Source of the DNA: Haliotis rufescens
Taxonomy: Eukaryota
Direction: 5' to 3'
Length of the DNA stretch: 64,000 nucleotides
NCBI RefSeq assembly: GCF_023055435.1
Contig: NW_025964376.1
Span: forward strand, 868,001 to 932,000
Under the pieces are notes generated by a model. The model made no database searches and was not told where the DNA came from. It saw only the letters and a program-made list of their open reading frames with translations. The position numbers and the translations under genes were made by a program. Positions 39,335 through 52,931 of the stretch are shown in pieces; the first letter of the stretch is position 1; each line of letters begins with the position of its first letter.

Positions 39335-39552
39335 ATATGACTGCGTCCTGTCAATAACTCCCTCACTCACTCTATATGACTGCGTCCTGTCAATAACTCC
39401 CTCACTCACTCTATATGACTGCGTCCTGTCAATAACTCCCTCACTCACTCTATATGACTGCGTCCTGTCAATAACTCAATCACTCACTCTATATGACTGC
39501 GTCCTGTCAATAACTCAATCACTCACTCTATATGACTGCGTCCTGTCAATAA
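39335..39552. repeat. 39-bp minisatellite (5-6 units)
   Basis: Unit CCTCACTCACTCTATATGACTGCGTCCTGTCAATAACTC. Confidence 0.92.
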
Positions 39553-39765
39553 CCGATCCTGGGCCAGACAAACCAGTGGTTGATAGTATGAACATTAGCA
39601 CACGCTGTCGGGGATGATGAAGCCAGCATCCGAGCCTGGCAACCCGATCCAATGTAGTTGCCTTAAAGCCTCCCGTGGAACCCCTCACACGGTGTCTAAC
39701 CAAGGCCATCACCTAAAGTTTCCATTTCCATGCCCCGTTGACAAGCGGTATTTCTGTGCTGTACG

Positions 39766-39857
39766 ATGTATGTATGTATGTATGTATGTATGTATGTATG
39801 TATGTATGTATGTATGTATGTATGTATGTATGTATGTATGTATGTATGTATGTATGT
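39766..39857. repeat. (TATG)n microsatellite
   Basis: Perfect tetranucleotide run. Confidence 0.97.
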
Positions 39858-39872
39858 CTTATGCCTTATGTT

Positions 39873-40150
39873 GGCACGGGTGGCCCAGTTGTCTAAGGCG
39901 CCGCGATTCGCTGTGCAGAGTTGCGTCCCATCGGCACGCCAGAAACCTATGATTGTGGGTTCGAATCCCGGTTAGCCCCGATAATGTTTCTAGATTTGTC
40001 AGCACCACACCCGTGCTCGTGGGTTTCACCGAAGTGGTAAACGTCTGAGATCTGCAACACTTCGGGCTTTACTCCCACATTAAGCTGACACGCCGTGATA
40101 TAACTGGAATACTGTAAAAAGCGGCGTTAAACCCTACTCACTCACTCACA
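39873..40150 (+). mobile_element. SINE family B, full length
   Basis: TSD CCTTATGTT (39864-39872, 40151-40159). Confidence 0.87.
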
Positions 40151-42236
40151 CCTTATGTTATTTTAGACTGTTATATAAACATATATAGGTAACGCTGTCT
40201 GTAATAGTAATACCCCATGTTTGGGGTCACGTTAATCCGCCCAGTAATCGTCATTAATCCAACAGTCTGGTAAGTAGCATCAACTGATTCACATGGCATG
40301 ACATTCACACAAGTCGAGATGAGAACCCATGCATCTCCAAACATTTGACCGCTTGTCAGCCTGCCGTGAATGACCACGTACCTCCATCGTTGTCTGGCCT
40401 GGAGGCACGGGAGCATCTGTGACTATGCTGCTCTGCCCACTCCGCGTCAGGTAGGGCCTCTTTATCACATCCTCATGACTACCTGCTTGTAAGGGGTTGT
40501 GGGGTAGCCTAGTGGTTAAAGCGGCTGCTCATCACACCGAAGACCCGGGTTCGATTCCCGACATGGGTACAATGTGTGAAGCCCATTTCTGGTATCCCCC
40601 GCCGTGATATTGCTTTAATATTGCTAAAATTGGCGTTAAACCATACTCACTCACTCAAATGCTTCTCATAAGAGGCGACTATTGGGAGTTGATTACATTG
40701 GCTTGTGTTTCTCACGCTACCAGTGTGCCCTGCGAGACTCCTCTACATGCTGACGTGATACACAAGAAATTTGAATATTCCTGACTGCGGCGTAAACAAC
40801 ATTCATTCACACATGAGAAGCACATGTCAATCTGCAGAAATGTAGAGCAGTCGGGTAGCCTAGTGGCTCGTCACGCCGAAGACCCGGGTTCGATTCCCGA
40901 TATGGGTACAATGTGTGAAGCCCATTTCTGGTGCCCCTCGTGGAATATATATTTATGGAATAGTGCTAAAAGCGGCGTAAAACCATACTCACTCACTCAT
41001 ATAACCTCAGAGACCCTTCAAATTCTTTCATGCTTATTATGAGTTCTCCAAAATTGAGAATACCCCTTCCTCATAGTCTGAACTACAGGTAGGCGAAAGA
41101 ACAAAGCTGTTGTCCTCGTAGTAATGTTCAACATAAAAACATTTCAATTTCCAATAAGTAATTGTTTCCTACATGCATAAAAAACGATATTAATTTTAAC
41201 CAAACCTAAAACTTACAAATTTGACCTGTATTCAACATACATGTTCACTTAGGCGCTTGGGTTCAGATTCGAATCTTGAGATATATCTCCTCAATACCTG
41301 CTCGTGCAGCACATGCCTATAATCTCCACCATCACCTCGTGTGGCAGGCAGGATTTTCTTTCAAGCTTAATTCGCTTTCCAGATGCCGGACATCATACCT
41401 TGATATGCTTCAGAAGCTGCAAGTCGAGACTCCATCTGATACCTTTGTGATGGGGCCGATAGCTACAGTAGCTGACACTTCTCGACACAGTTGATAACGC
41501 GAGCTCCCAACATGTGGAACCTCTCCACACAGACTGCCGAGAACTCACGATAGTAATCGAACACACGCTGCAGTTTCATCAGGCATTCGTTGTCTCTGCT
41601 CATAGCTAATAACATGGCCCCATCGAGCTGAGACCGTCATATAGACTATAGTGTGTACCGCGTTTTTGTGTGTAAAAAATCCTGCTTATGAAATATTTTG
41701 CACCAGATTTTCTAATTTGAAATGTAAGTTGATACATTTAAGATTTGGTTCTTTTTGATATTTTAAGCCAAATAATGAGTTAACCTGCTATGATGACAGA
41801 TGTGTAATTAACGCTACAAGCTATTAATGTTATTCTTGGCTCATTTTCTTTCCCGGGTAACATGTCATCCAATATAAACACAAATCATGTACAAACTTTG
41901 ATAGGCTCGTAATGTTAACCTAACCTGACTTATTCGCTAAACTATTCGCTCTAAAATAGAGATACTCTTTTACAGCTCTTATACTCCGCAGTTCTTTCTC
42001 CGTACTGATATGGCTAGACTGTCAACCAGATTCTACAGAATAAATTATGAAAGGAGTTCAGCTCAAATCTAGAATCTTTCATTTCTAGGACTAAATAACC
42101 ATCCTTTCATACGTTAATAACGTGTTTGGTAGATCACAAACCAGCCATTGATATAGTTAATAACGTGTTTGGTAGATCACAAACCATACAAGCATGTTTG
42201 GTAAATCCCAAACCAGCCATTGATACAGTTAATAAC

Positions 42237-42513
42237 GTGAGTGAGTTGGGTTTAACGCCGCTTTTAACAGTATTCCAGTAATATCGCGGCGTGTCAGCTT
42301 AATTTGGGAGGAAAGCCCGAAGTGATGCAGGTCTCAAACGTTTACCACTTCGGTGAAACCCACGAGCATGGGTATGGTGCTGACAAATCTAGAAACATAA
42401 TCGGGGCGAACCGGGATTCGAACCCACAATCATAGGTTTCTGGCGTGCCGAAGGGACGCAACTCTGCACAGCGAATCGCGGCGCCTTAGACGACTGGGCC
42501 ACGCGTGCCCCTT
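42237..42513 (-). mobile_element. SINE family B inserted into a degenerate ~44-bp tandem repeat
   Basis: TSD CAGTTAATAA (42226-42235, 42514-42523); flanks 42110-42680 repeat ACAGTTAATAACGTGTTTGGTAGATCACAAACCA-like units. More diverged B copies at about 25677-25890 and 39150-39310. Confidence 0.85.
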
Positions 42514-44792
42514 CAGTTAATAAAATTATTGGGTAGACCACAAGCCATCCATGGGTACAGTTAATAACATATTTGATAGATCACAAACCACCCAGGGATA
42601 CAGTTAATAACGTATTTGATAGATCACAAACCATTCAGGGATACAGTTAATAAAGTGTTGGGTGGATCACAAACCGGTTATTTATACCGGTGGTATGTTA
42701 AAAACCGAAATCATCAAGTTGAAGTTGAGGCATATGCAATATTCGGTTATTTAAAACAAAATAAGAAATATACAATGCCTAATAGATGCATAAATTCTAA
42801 GGTTACCAAGGTTTATTTTTATAAGTGATTACCAAGTAGAATGTTTTATAAAGGAGTGACCGTTACACATACGTCAGAGCATCCCTTAAATAACAGTACA
42901 CCTGATAGAAACTACCGCTTAGAGTGACAACGATGTGTTTTTTCTGCGTACATATGAGAGGAAAATCTAGTTTTCTAACTCTCCCAATCAAACGATTTAT
43001 TCCCCGTCTGCAGGAAATTGAATGCCGTAAAAGTTTGCCATCAATCGATGTTGTTCGCCTAAATCCAAAATGGCGGACAATCACTTTGTAGTCCTGTCTG
43101 ATGATTTCCAGTATATATTTGTATTTGGACCGAGGCTTTCAACCAGAAACTCATGCCACACTGACAAACTACTCCGAAAGATAATCAAATCAGGAGATTT
43201 ATCCACTACTGTGAGGACAAAAACCGTGCCGCCGTTCCACACCCAAACACGATGGCATGTCCAAATTCAGTTATCTTCAAAACATGCATTTATGTGCCAA
43301 ATTCTGATATACTTACTGCAAGGAAAAACCATCAGGACTTAAAAACGAGATAAATTATCCAGGCCTTAAAAGGTTTGAAACACAGCATTTTTGATTTATA
43401 CAAAAACTTTATTCTGCACACAGTTTGACTTCAGCATCTCTTGACCTACTTGATGGTTGTATGAGTTGCTTCTAGCCTCTGCCAATCTTTTAAACCTATT
43501 TGCATTCACGCGGATAATCTGATAAACCCCAAATCCAATTATATTATTCCATTTTAACGCCATTTACCATTTGTGTCATTATCTAATTTCACCACCGACT
43601 GCTTGTCGATTCCTGAAGAGAATCAAGAATGTTCTGAAGTGCAAAAAATCCTGCAACGCAACTCTAGTCTGTGCTCTAGTGTTGTGACGAGTGAGTGATT
43701 GAGCGAGTGAGCAAGCGAGCGTTTGTCAACTAGGTCAACGTAAACAAGCAATATCCCATTATCGATAAAAGAGACAATTAGCACTTAGTTTTTATTGTAC
43801 CCGCTTTGTCTGAAACACTGACAACGTGAGTTTCTTGTTGCTTTGGCTGGTTTATAGCGGAAGAGTGTTTGTCGTTTTTTCATTTGTTATTTAACGCTGC
43901 ACGCAATATTTCAGCTAAATAAGGACGGTTTGTACATAATCGAATTTGGACCAGACAATCCCGTGATTGACATCATGATCATCGATCTACGCAACTGGGA
44001 TACAATGACATGCAATACTGACTACCCGATCCCGTTCGTCGCCTCTTGCGACAAGCATGGATTGCTGAAAATTCTAACCCGGATCTTCACGGATGGAGTG
44101 AGTGAGAGTATGAGTGAGTGAGTGAGTGAGTGAGTGAGTTGTTTCAGTAACTATGAACATGAGATGACCTATTTTGCTTCGTTGTTCCGAGTGTTGGGTT
44201 TGTGTGATTGAGGAGGAAAGGGCGGGGTGTCTCGGAAATACACATCTGAGGTTCATTTAGCCAATAAAGCACAGACAAATATACAGCTCAATCAGTATTA
44301 CAGAGCTTGTACTCTCGGCCAATCAGCCGGCGTTCCCGACGGAGCATTAACGTGGTGGTCTGCAGCATTAATTATGTTCGTCCGTCTCCGTCCGTCTTCC
44401 TGGCTCTATGAGCCCCAGGCCCTGGGGGATTCCTGGTAAACTTACCACAGGCTGTATCCATGGGGTTCCGGTTTAAACCGTGTCCGTACTAACGTACGCC
44501 TGCAGTCAGAGGCGGACAACCTGTTCGAGTGGTCAGGTTCTGAGACGTGATGACATCCGTGTAATCGTACCCCCACTGGATGGAAAATGCTCATGATATC
44601 AATCACTGGTGCTGAAGATTGTTGCTCATGCCCTCTGTCACTGGTTTGTTTGGCCCAGACTTGATTATTTCAATGGCGCCGTGAAATATTTGGAATACTG
44701 AATAGTGAGTCGTTAAACAACAATCACTCAGTTACACCGGATCTGCGGTTAAGTCCACATTGGCGATTGGCTATGGCGACCCATCTTCCCGG

Positions 44793-45315
44793 GGCAAGTG
44801 ATTTAAATGACTATAAAAATCCAGTTTCCACCCTTGGTGAACAAGGCTTGAATTTCGTGCCTCGATCGTAGCTCCATCAGTGGATATTACGAGTTATGTC
44901 CCTTCTATGTCCCTCCTGTTGGCTGAGATTTTACCACTCATATCACTTACATTTGCTTCAAACAAAATGGCGACGCCCTGCCACGACGCACTGATTCATG
45001 CTCAAAATCTATACAGTAATAAAACGGGTCATACTTCACGAAGTGCATCAAATTGTGTACCTTGAATAAAGACACGAAAAGATTAGGAAAATATCTGTCG
45101 ACGCCGAGTTGACGGTGTCCATGCTTTGTAAATCCTGCAGTCGACTGAAATCTGCACGTTGAAATCCATTTTGTTTACGAACCGGATGTCTAGTTCGTTA
45201 CCCGATTTTGAGACTATGCATAGACTCGTTAGTCCAGCCAAAATACATCTCCGGAATTCCAACCTAGTTCGACAAGGGTGGAAACTGGACTTTATAGTCA
45301 GTTAACTCCCTTGCC
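44793..45315. mobile_element. MITE with ~50-bp imperfect TIRs
   Basis: GGCAAGTGATTTAAATGACTATAAAAATCCAGTTTCCACCCTTG...GAAC at left; inverse GTTCGACAAGGGTGGAAACTGGACTTTATAGTCAGTTAACTCCCTTGCC at right. Confidence 0.75.
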
Positions 45316-45755
45316 TAGGAAAGGTGACCGTGCCCTCGCGTGATCGTGATATTGTTGATGTTAACTAACACTTAGTCTTTGATAATATATAAATGTTATA
45401 AGTTTAAAGCATAATTTCTAGATTATATAGATGATAAGAACAAGTTGTCCCTATAACAGAATGCCGCCCTCAGATGTACTGTCCGCTTATCTCGACTTGA
45501 CTATTATAAGGATAGAATTACTACACATCCAAGGACTTATCTTTGAGTACAGCTTTAGAACAAGCTTGGAGCCCAGAACAATGCTTTAGCCGTGGCAATC
45601 TTGCCACATCATTCTAGACTTGAGTTGGAGTCACTTGGTAAAGTTATTCTCTTGGGTATGCGAGACAAACTATTACTGAAACATTTTAGATCTTTTGACT
45701 CTACTGTGAGAACGGGCTAGGTTGAATGCCGATGTGAACATCATGTTTAGTTATA

Positions 45756-47051
45756 CCAGGGGTGTTCATTAAAGATTTCCCCTAAACCACTTAGGGTTAT
45801 CATATTTGGTTGAAATTTCACATGTGTAATGATACATGTATCTATGGGTTATGTCTGAATTTGCAGCACCGAACTATTAATCTTACCACTTTTACAGGTG
45901 TTATGATCGAGCAGGGTGTGACAATGGAGCCAGTAGAATACCGAGCAGTGATTAGGTTTTTATATTTGAAAGGTCGCACACCAAAAGAAACTTTCGATGA
46001 AATGAAAGCAACTTATGGGGAAGAGCCCCATCATATGACGTTGTTAAACACTGGCATCGTCAGTTCAAGTGTGGTCGGACATCTGTGGAAACAGCTGCCA
46101 TTTCTGGTCGCCCCCATTCAGCCATTGATGAGGACACTATCCATCAAGTGGAGACCGCCATTTTGGCAGACCGACGTATAACTGTTCGCCAGTTAGCACA
46201 AGATGTCAAGATCAGTGTAGGGTCTGTGGAAAAAATCATCCATGACAATTTGAACATGCATAAGGTGTCTGCACGATGTATTCCCAGGTTGCCCACACCT
46301 TTCCAAAAGCAGGAACGAGTCAATTGCTCAAAGGATCTTTTGGACATGTGCCAAAAAAAAAACCAGGCAAACTTTTTTGACAGACTGATCACACAGGATG
46401 AAACATGGGTCCATCACTATGATCCTGAGACTAAAGTTCAGTTGATGCAATGGAAGCATGTGGAGTCACCACCCCCAAAGAAGGCACGTGTCCAACCCTC
46501 TGCAGGCAAGGTCATGCTCACAGTGTTTTGGGACCAGCACGGAGTAAAGATGATGGATTTCTTGGCAAAGGGTACCACAATTACAGGAGCTTATTATGCT
46601 TCACTGCTGCGGAAATTGCGGGACGCTATCAACCTTAAGAGGCGTGGCATGCTGACCATGGGTGTCCGTCTCCTACAAGACAATGCTCCAGTACACAACT
46701 CTCATGTTGCCCGGACAGAAGCGCGGTCCCGTGGCTATGAAATCCTTCCACATCCTCCTTACTCTCCTGACCTTGCACCATCTGACTTCCACCTCTTTAC
46801 AACCATGAAGTTATTTTTGAAGGGAAAACGTTTCACAGATGATGAAACACTGATTTCTGACGTCAAGTCCTGGTTTGAGACGCAAAATGAGGGCTTTTAC
46901 ATGCGAGGTCCCCATAGTTGCATAAAATAATGGGAGAAGTGTGTAACTCTTGGTGGTTCCTATGTGGAGAAAGACTAATACCTATGCCAAGTTTCATTCC
47001 ACTAGGTCCATCGGAAGTGGGTCAGGGGAAATCTTTAATGAACACCCCTCG
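45756..47051 (+). mobile_element. mariner-like element (DD34D), about 1.3 kb, irritans/Himar1-like
   Basis: 37-bp TIR C(C/G)AGGGGTGTTCATTAAAGATTTCCCCT...CCACTT with 3 mismatches, TA duplicated on both sides. Subfamily assignment is from motif resemblance only. Confidence 0.95.
45924..46978 (+). pseudogene. mariner transposase pseudogene
   Basis: MEPVEYRAVIRFLYLKG start; 1-nt frameshift near 46025; ITQDETW, QDNAPVH and YSPDLAPSD with 34 residues between the last two D; premature TAA at 46928 before WEKCVTLGGSYVEKD*. Confidence 0.92.
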
Positions 47052-48683
47052 TATCATTCTATCTCTGCATGATGTTAGGGGACAAACCAGCCATGGTCTC
47101 CGTGGTGATTACAGTCAGAATAGGTCCCCAATGTGTATCGTGAGAGCTGAGAAATAACTAGGATCGAGTAGACAGTAAACATGCCCTGGCTGAGCGTGTA
47201 TTATTGCTTGTATCAAATATTTGCCTGGTCCAGACTCGATTATTTACAGGCTGCAGTTATATACGAGTAGCTGGAATATTGCGTCGTAAACCAACTCGCA
47301 CTCAATCCCAACGGAAGGGCCATTGGGTAGTCTAGTGGTCAAAGTGTTGGCTCATTGAGGTTTGATTCCCCATATTTGAGGTTTGATTGCCGTGGAATGC
47401 GGTATTAGACCCAACTCACTGACTCACTTAATCCGTACATGATAAAAACAGAGACATTTCCCACTTTGTTGAAACACACGACCTCGTTCTCGTTATGATG
47501 CTGACAATCCTTGGATGATAATTTGGGATATGGCCCATCTTTTAATTCATACCTATTATCATTAATTAGGTTTTGGCTTTCGCTGACGCCCCCACTATCT
47601 TCCCCTGGTACATATCTAAGCGCATCGTAAACAAACTCGACACAATACCAGGTGACAGCGCATTCCATCATCAGCACCGATGAATACTTACCGCACAGGT
47701 ATAATCAGCTTCACATTTTCAATTGATATTAAATGTATTCTTTGTTTCAGTTTCTGTCTTCAGACAGTATCAGTTTCAATATGCCACAGTGGTTGTAGTC
47801 TGGTAGTCGTCTCATAAAACGACACAGACATAGTCTCTGCCAATATGGAGTTGTGGTGAACATAACGTCCGTCGTGCCCGTTTCCAGAATGTCGTAAACA
47901 TGTCGTAAAGTAATCATCAGACTGGATGTTGGCTTTTTTCGGTGGGGCATTGGCTTTCAGATCGGTTTACGATCCGATTCACTTTTCGTCATTTATAGAT
48001 AACAACCTTTTTTTCAAATCTCAAAACACGCATATCACGTAATACTCGATAAATGACACTTAATGCCATGACGAAATGCAATATGGTCGTGCCATAGACA
48101 CGATGAAGCTAATGAGTTCTTCAGTTATATTGGTTTTATACAAACACTGCTGCCATGACGTTGGTTGACGTTGGTGATTTTTGAGACGCATGATGTGAAA
48201 CATTGAACTTGTTGTAATATGTAGCTGTTGTTTCCGTGTGAAATGCCAACCATTTATATGTGTTCTCTGAAAGGACGTTGGGCCCAGAATATGCCTAGAT
48301 TTCATGGTGATGGGTGATTTACATGGTTATATTTCATGGTGGTGTACACTGTATACTCTCCAAACCAAGTAGGAGATCATGAAATATAAGGCTAAGAACG
48401 GCCGTCAGAACAAAAAGCCAGCTTTGTTAAACGCCTGCCAGAGATAGAGCGGTTTCGGAATCAAAACCTAACGCCTCAACATACCCAATTCAAATGTGCT
48501 CGTAGGTAGGGTGTCATTCTTGATGTTGACACTTCAGTGAAATGTCGTCAAATCGCTCTGAGCATTAGTATTGTTCATTTTGATCCACAGTAACACGTAA
48601 GGCCTCTACTGTTGTTTTAATGCAGTGTATGTGATCAGATTGGGAATGCGTCGTCTGCAACGTGAACAGCGCCTAATTTTTTA

Positions 48684-49397
48684 AGCTCCCTTTAAACAGG
48701 GCTACGATCTTTGTGCCACCTTTGAGCGATCAAAAACTGGCCAGAAAGCTCAATGGTCGCCTAAACCTAGAAAATCACGTTTCTATGTAACTGCTCCAGC
48801 AGTTGTTCAACGGTAACTGCTCGAGTTGTTCAGCGTCTGCAATCACAATAAAACAGTGCAGGTACACGCCCTCTATTTATAGGCAGACTGAGGAGGCACT
48901 CCAGGTAGCTTAAAGAAGGCAGAAAAGAGGCAGAAGCATTGCCATGGTGTCTCAAGCGTTGCCGTGGTCGCCGAATTGAGGCACGGCGGTCGCCACAGTG
49001 ATCGTTCAATCAACACTGTTGGTTGCCCAAAGGAGTCACATGGGAGGCAGAAGCATCGCCCAGATTGACGGGAAAATATTGCAGCAGAACGCATCCATTA
49101 CCTGGCAACCACCCTGCCTTCATTCTGCAACAACGGCAATGCTTGTGCCTCCCTTCTGGATTCTTTGAGCCACTTTTGAGCAACCAAACTCCTCGGCGAC
49201 CTTTGTGGGACTGTTTTGAATATGTTCATAAATTCACGGCGACTATAACGTCCATGGCGATATCTGAACCTCCTGTTTACCACCTTGGAACGACCTAGGC
49301 AACCGTTCTGCCTCCTTTGAGCCTCCAACGACGACCTGGCAAATTGTATGGTCGCACACGGGAGTCACGAAGGTCGCCGTCCTGTGTAAAGGCCCCA
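48684..49397. mobile_element. PIF/Harbinger-like non-autonomous element
   Basis: Degenerate TIRs (CCTTTAAACAGG / CCTGTGTAAAGG), TTA on both flanks, internal inverted GAGGCAGAAGCATTGCC repeats. Confidence 0.55.
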
Positions 49398-50081
49398 TTA
49401 GGGGTGTTGGCATGCATCAAACTTGTAAAATTCAACGGGAGGCAACCAATATATTCAATGTGTCCAAGTCTCTGATTTGCTGACTTTGGACCTAAGTTTA
49501 ACATGGATACGCATCTCAGCCACAGTATATCGACTGAGGGCCGACCAGTCCTTGTTTTACAGCCTTAACGCCGAGGGCCAGGCACAGTAACAACAACTAC
49601 AATGACCATCCTTTAATTCGGTTGCTATGACGCGGTCCGCCGACCTTCCGCTCAACTGGCAGAGGCATTATCCTTTACACCACGGTGGCGGTCTTCATTG
49701 CGAACTAACACTTAGGATTACACAAACTGTCGGTTTCGCAGGGGAACTTCATCCAGCACAATGACCTAGTTCAAGTNNNNNNNNNNNNNNNNNNNNNNNN
49801 NNNNNNNNNNNNNNNNNNNNNNNNNNNNNNNNNNNNNNNNNNNNNNNNNNNNNNNNNNNNNNNNNNNNNNNNNNNNNNNNNNNNNNNNNNNNNNNNNNNN
49901 NNNNNNNNNNNNNNNNNNNNNNNNNNNNNNNNNNNNNNNNNNNNNNNNNNNNNNNNNNNNNTGCCATCATAATATTCAATGTTAGTATTACATGTCGTCT
50001 TAATTTTTAACCCAAGCATGGCATATGATTTTAGTAATCGACCATCGTAATACATGCCATTGCAATGAAATCCAATTGCCG

Positions 50082-50875
50082 TGACCTCTGACATACCTCT
50101 GACACGGGTATGACCAGTTGGACAAGGCATGACCTCTGACATACCCCTGACATGGGTATGACCAGTGGGACAAGGCATGGCCTCTGCCATACCCCTGACA
50201 CGGGTATGACCAGTGGGACAAGGCATGGCCTCTGCCATACCCCTGACACGGGTATGACCAGTGGGACAAGGCATGACCTCTGACATACCTCTGACACGGG
50301 TATGACCAGTGGGACAAGGCATGGCCTCTGACATACCCCTGACACGGGTATGACCAGTGGGACAAGGCATGGCCTCTGACATACCCCTGACATGGGTATG
50401 ACCAATGGGACAAGGCATGGCCTCTGACACCTCTGACACGGGTATGACCAGTAGGACAAGGCATGACCTCTGACATACCTCTGACACGGGTATGACAAGT
50501 GGGACAAGGCATGGCCTCTGACATACCTCTAGCACGGGTATGACCAGTGGGACAAGGCATGACCTCTGACATACCCCTGACACGGGTATGACCAGTGGGA
50601 CAAGGCATGACCTCTGACATACCTCTGACACGGGTATGACCAGTGGGACAAGGCATGACCTCTGACATACCTCTGACACGGGTATGACCAGTGGGACAAG
50701 GCATGACCTCTGACACGGGTATGACCAGTAGGACAAGGCATGACCTCTGACATACCTCTGACACGGGTATGACCAGTGGGACAAGGCATGACCTCTGACA
50801 CGGGTATGACCAGTAGGACAAGGCATGACCTCTGACATACCTCTGACACGGGTATGACAAGTGGGACAAGGCATG
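50082..50875. repeat. 48-bp minisatellite (about 17 units)
   Basis: Unit TGACCTCTGACATACCYCTGACACGGGTATGACCAGTGGGACAAGGCA, with 2- and 11-nt deletion variants. Confidence 0.95.
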
Positions 50876-52887
50876 CTTCGCAGACAGCTGGTGCACTTTT
50901 CATGCGACGAAGCCCTAAGTGATTGGCATTTGCGATCATAATAACATGGGTCCCCGACACAACGGAAACTCTTCTTCATGGTGAGGCTGGTTGTTTTCAA
51001 ATATCTGCTGAAGTTCGGAATAACTAAAATATCAAATCAAAATATGTCATACTTTTGTTCTCTCAGAAGGAACATACTTCAATGTTAATCATATAGCAAC
51101 AATGTCTAACAATGTAACAACTTACCTTGTTGCAGATTAAATAACAATGTAGTTGCTTGTATAGTATTTGTTTACTTTAGGCTTATTAAACTATATTTCT
51201 TATTTTTCACGACCTGCCCGTCTCTTAAATTGTCCTAGCTTATATTTTTTTACATATTTTTAAGCATTGTTAAGAAACGACTATTTCACGTTAAATTCGT
51301 TTCACATTCGTTTGAAAACACCAGTCTTTCAACACAGGGAAACTGGCTGTGGTCAAGATGGTCCGTCCCTCAATACGTCCGGTCCCTGTTTGGTTTAAAG
51401 GGCCCCAGTCAGGACCAGCTAGTTTCAAATGACCACAGTTTAAAGAATACAATGTCTCCTTGCATCGCGCGCTAAAAACACGACGTTCATCTGATTTAAA
51501 TCCAATCAACATTAACAAGCATTACCGAGGACACATTATGGTCACTTTGTAGAGTCTTTAGATGCAGAATGTGCAACAAGGGCTGGAATATAACTACAGG
51601 CATCCGCGAGGAGGTCTTCTGCCCGTACTTTAACGGTTATTAGTAATACTATTTGCGCCAAATGTTCCGTGTAAATCATTGGAGATGCCAAAGAAGAAAA
51701 TGGGACTATTCTTCTTAGTATTAATCAATAGACGTCTGTGAAGTTAAGGCTTTGGATTATTCTAGAGTTTCATTTAATATCTCATGTCACAGTTAATATA
51801 AAACTCTCAAATTTCAAATTCCATATAATGTCTTCAGTTATTATATTCCTGGGCCTCATGCTGTACAGTATTGAACCTTTGGTATTTAGGTAGGTTACAC
51901 ATGTTCTGTGCTACGAGGCATTCTGACCTCAGGCATTATCAAATCAGATTTTATCACGAAGCAAGGCAATTAATTAAAAATGCTTTGAATACTTCAAACG
52001 TATAACATATAGAACAGGAAAAGATACTACGTTAATAAACACAGTTCTGCGGGCAGTGCCAACCGAAGCACTATATTATATTGTCAATGGGATAATTGAT
52101 AATTTGCAGCACGAACGGAAACATTTCGACTTATTAGGTTTCCAGTGTACCTCCATCCTTCTCCTAACACGTTGCCATGGTAGGGATGAATCCTTATTGC
52201 TCATGGGTGTTCGAGATGCATTTCACTTTATTTTGAGCTTTGGTAAGAGGAAAGATTCCGAATCGATAAGGTTTTACGTGTTTTTGTGTGTCGCTCTTTA
52301 AGTGTTGTCTTCGCAAATTTTGTGTGTTTGATCTGTTTTTCTATGTTTTTATAGAGGTTAGTTTTTTGTAGATTAGTCTCTTGGTGCAGTTTCTACAACC
52401 TTTCAATGAATTTATGGATCAAAGCGAGTGAGGGATTCGATTAATGCCATTTTAGTAGCACTTTCGCGTGATCACGAAGGCAAATGTTACCCACGTTTAG
52501 AATCCAAACCGGATTTTCAGTTACGAGCAAACAGCTGACTGTCCCATAACCATGCTACTATTTTCATGATGACGATGATCATGATGGTTATGATGATGCT
52601 ATGGACAATAGTGTTACTCATAATACAGGTGAGCTAGTAAATAAGCACATGGCACAATGTGCTACCTCGTGTTCTAATGGATAGAGCGTCTGCCCGGAGA
52701 CCGGAAGGTCTATGTTTCGATGCCCGATCGCATCATACCTAAATACGTTTATAGGAGATACTTGTTGTTACCCTGCCTGGCGCTCGGCATTAAGGGAATA
52801 AGGAGCGTCGGCTCGGAGTCAACTTAATGTTTCTGTGTGGGGTATTCATGAAAACGACATTCGTCCTGACCAGTACAAGCAGTCACA

Positions 52888-52931
<44 letters not shown>

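Noticed and set aside
40492-40570. tRNA-Asp/Pro/Leu-like sequences as tRNA genes
   Set aside because: Imperfect acceptor stems; each continues into a SINE body and tail, often with TSDs.
41300-41640. Coding-looking minus-strand stretch (NECLMKLQRVFDYYREF...)
   Set aside because: Short, interrupted by stops, and matches no family I recognise.
47428-47700. Minus-strand exon-like segment with GEDSGG (and GDSGG near 35790)
   Set aside because: No other serine-protease motifs; phases do not join without stops.
49771-51000. 409-aa repeat ORF
   Set aside because: The unit has almost no stops in any frame, 2- and 11-nt deletions shift the frame, and the ORF runs through an N-gap. Only the unique 5' part is kept as a tentative exon.
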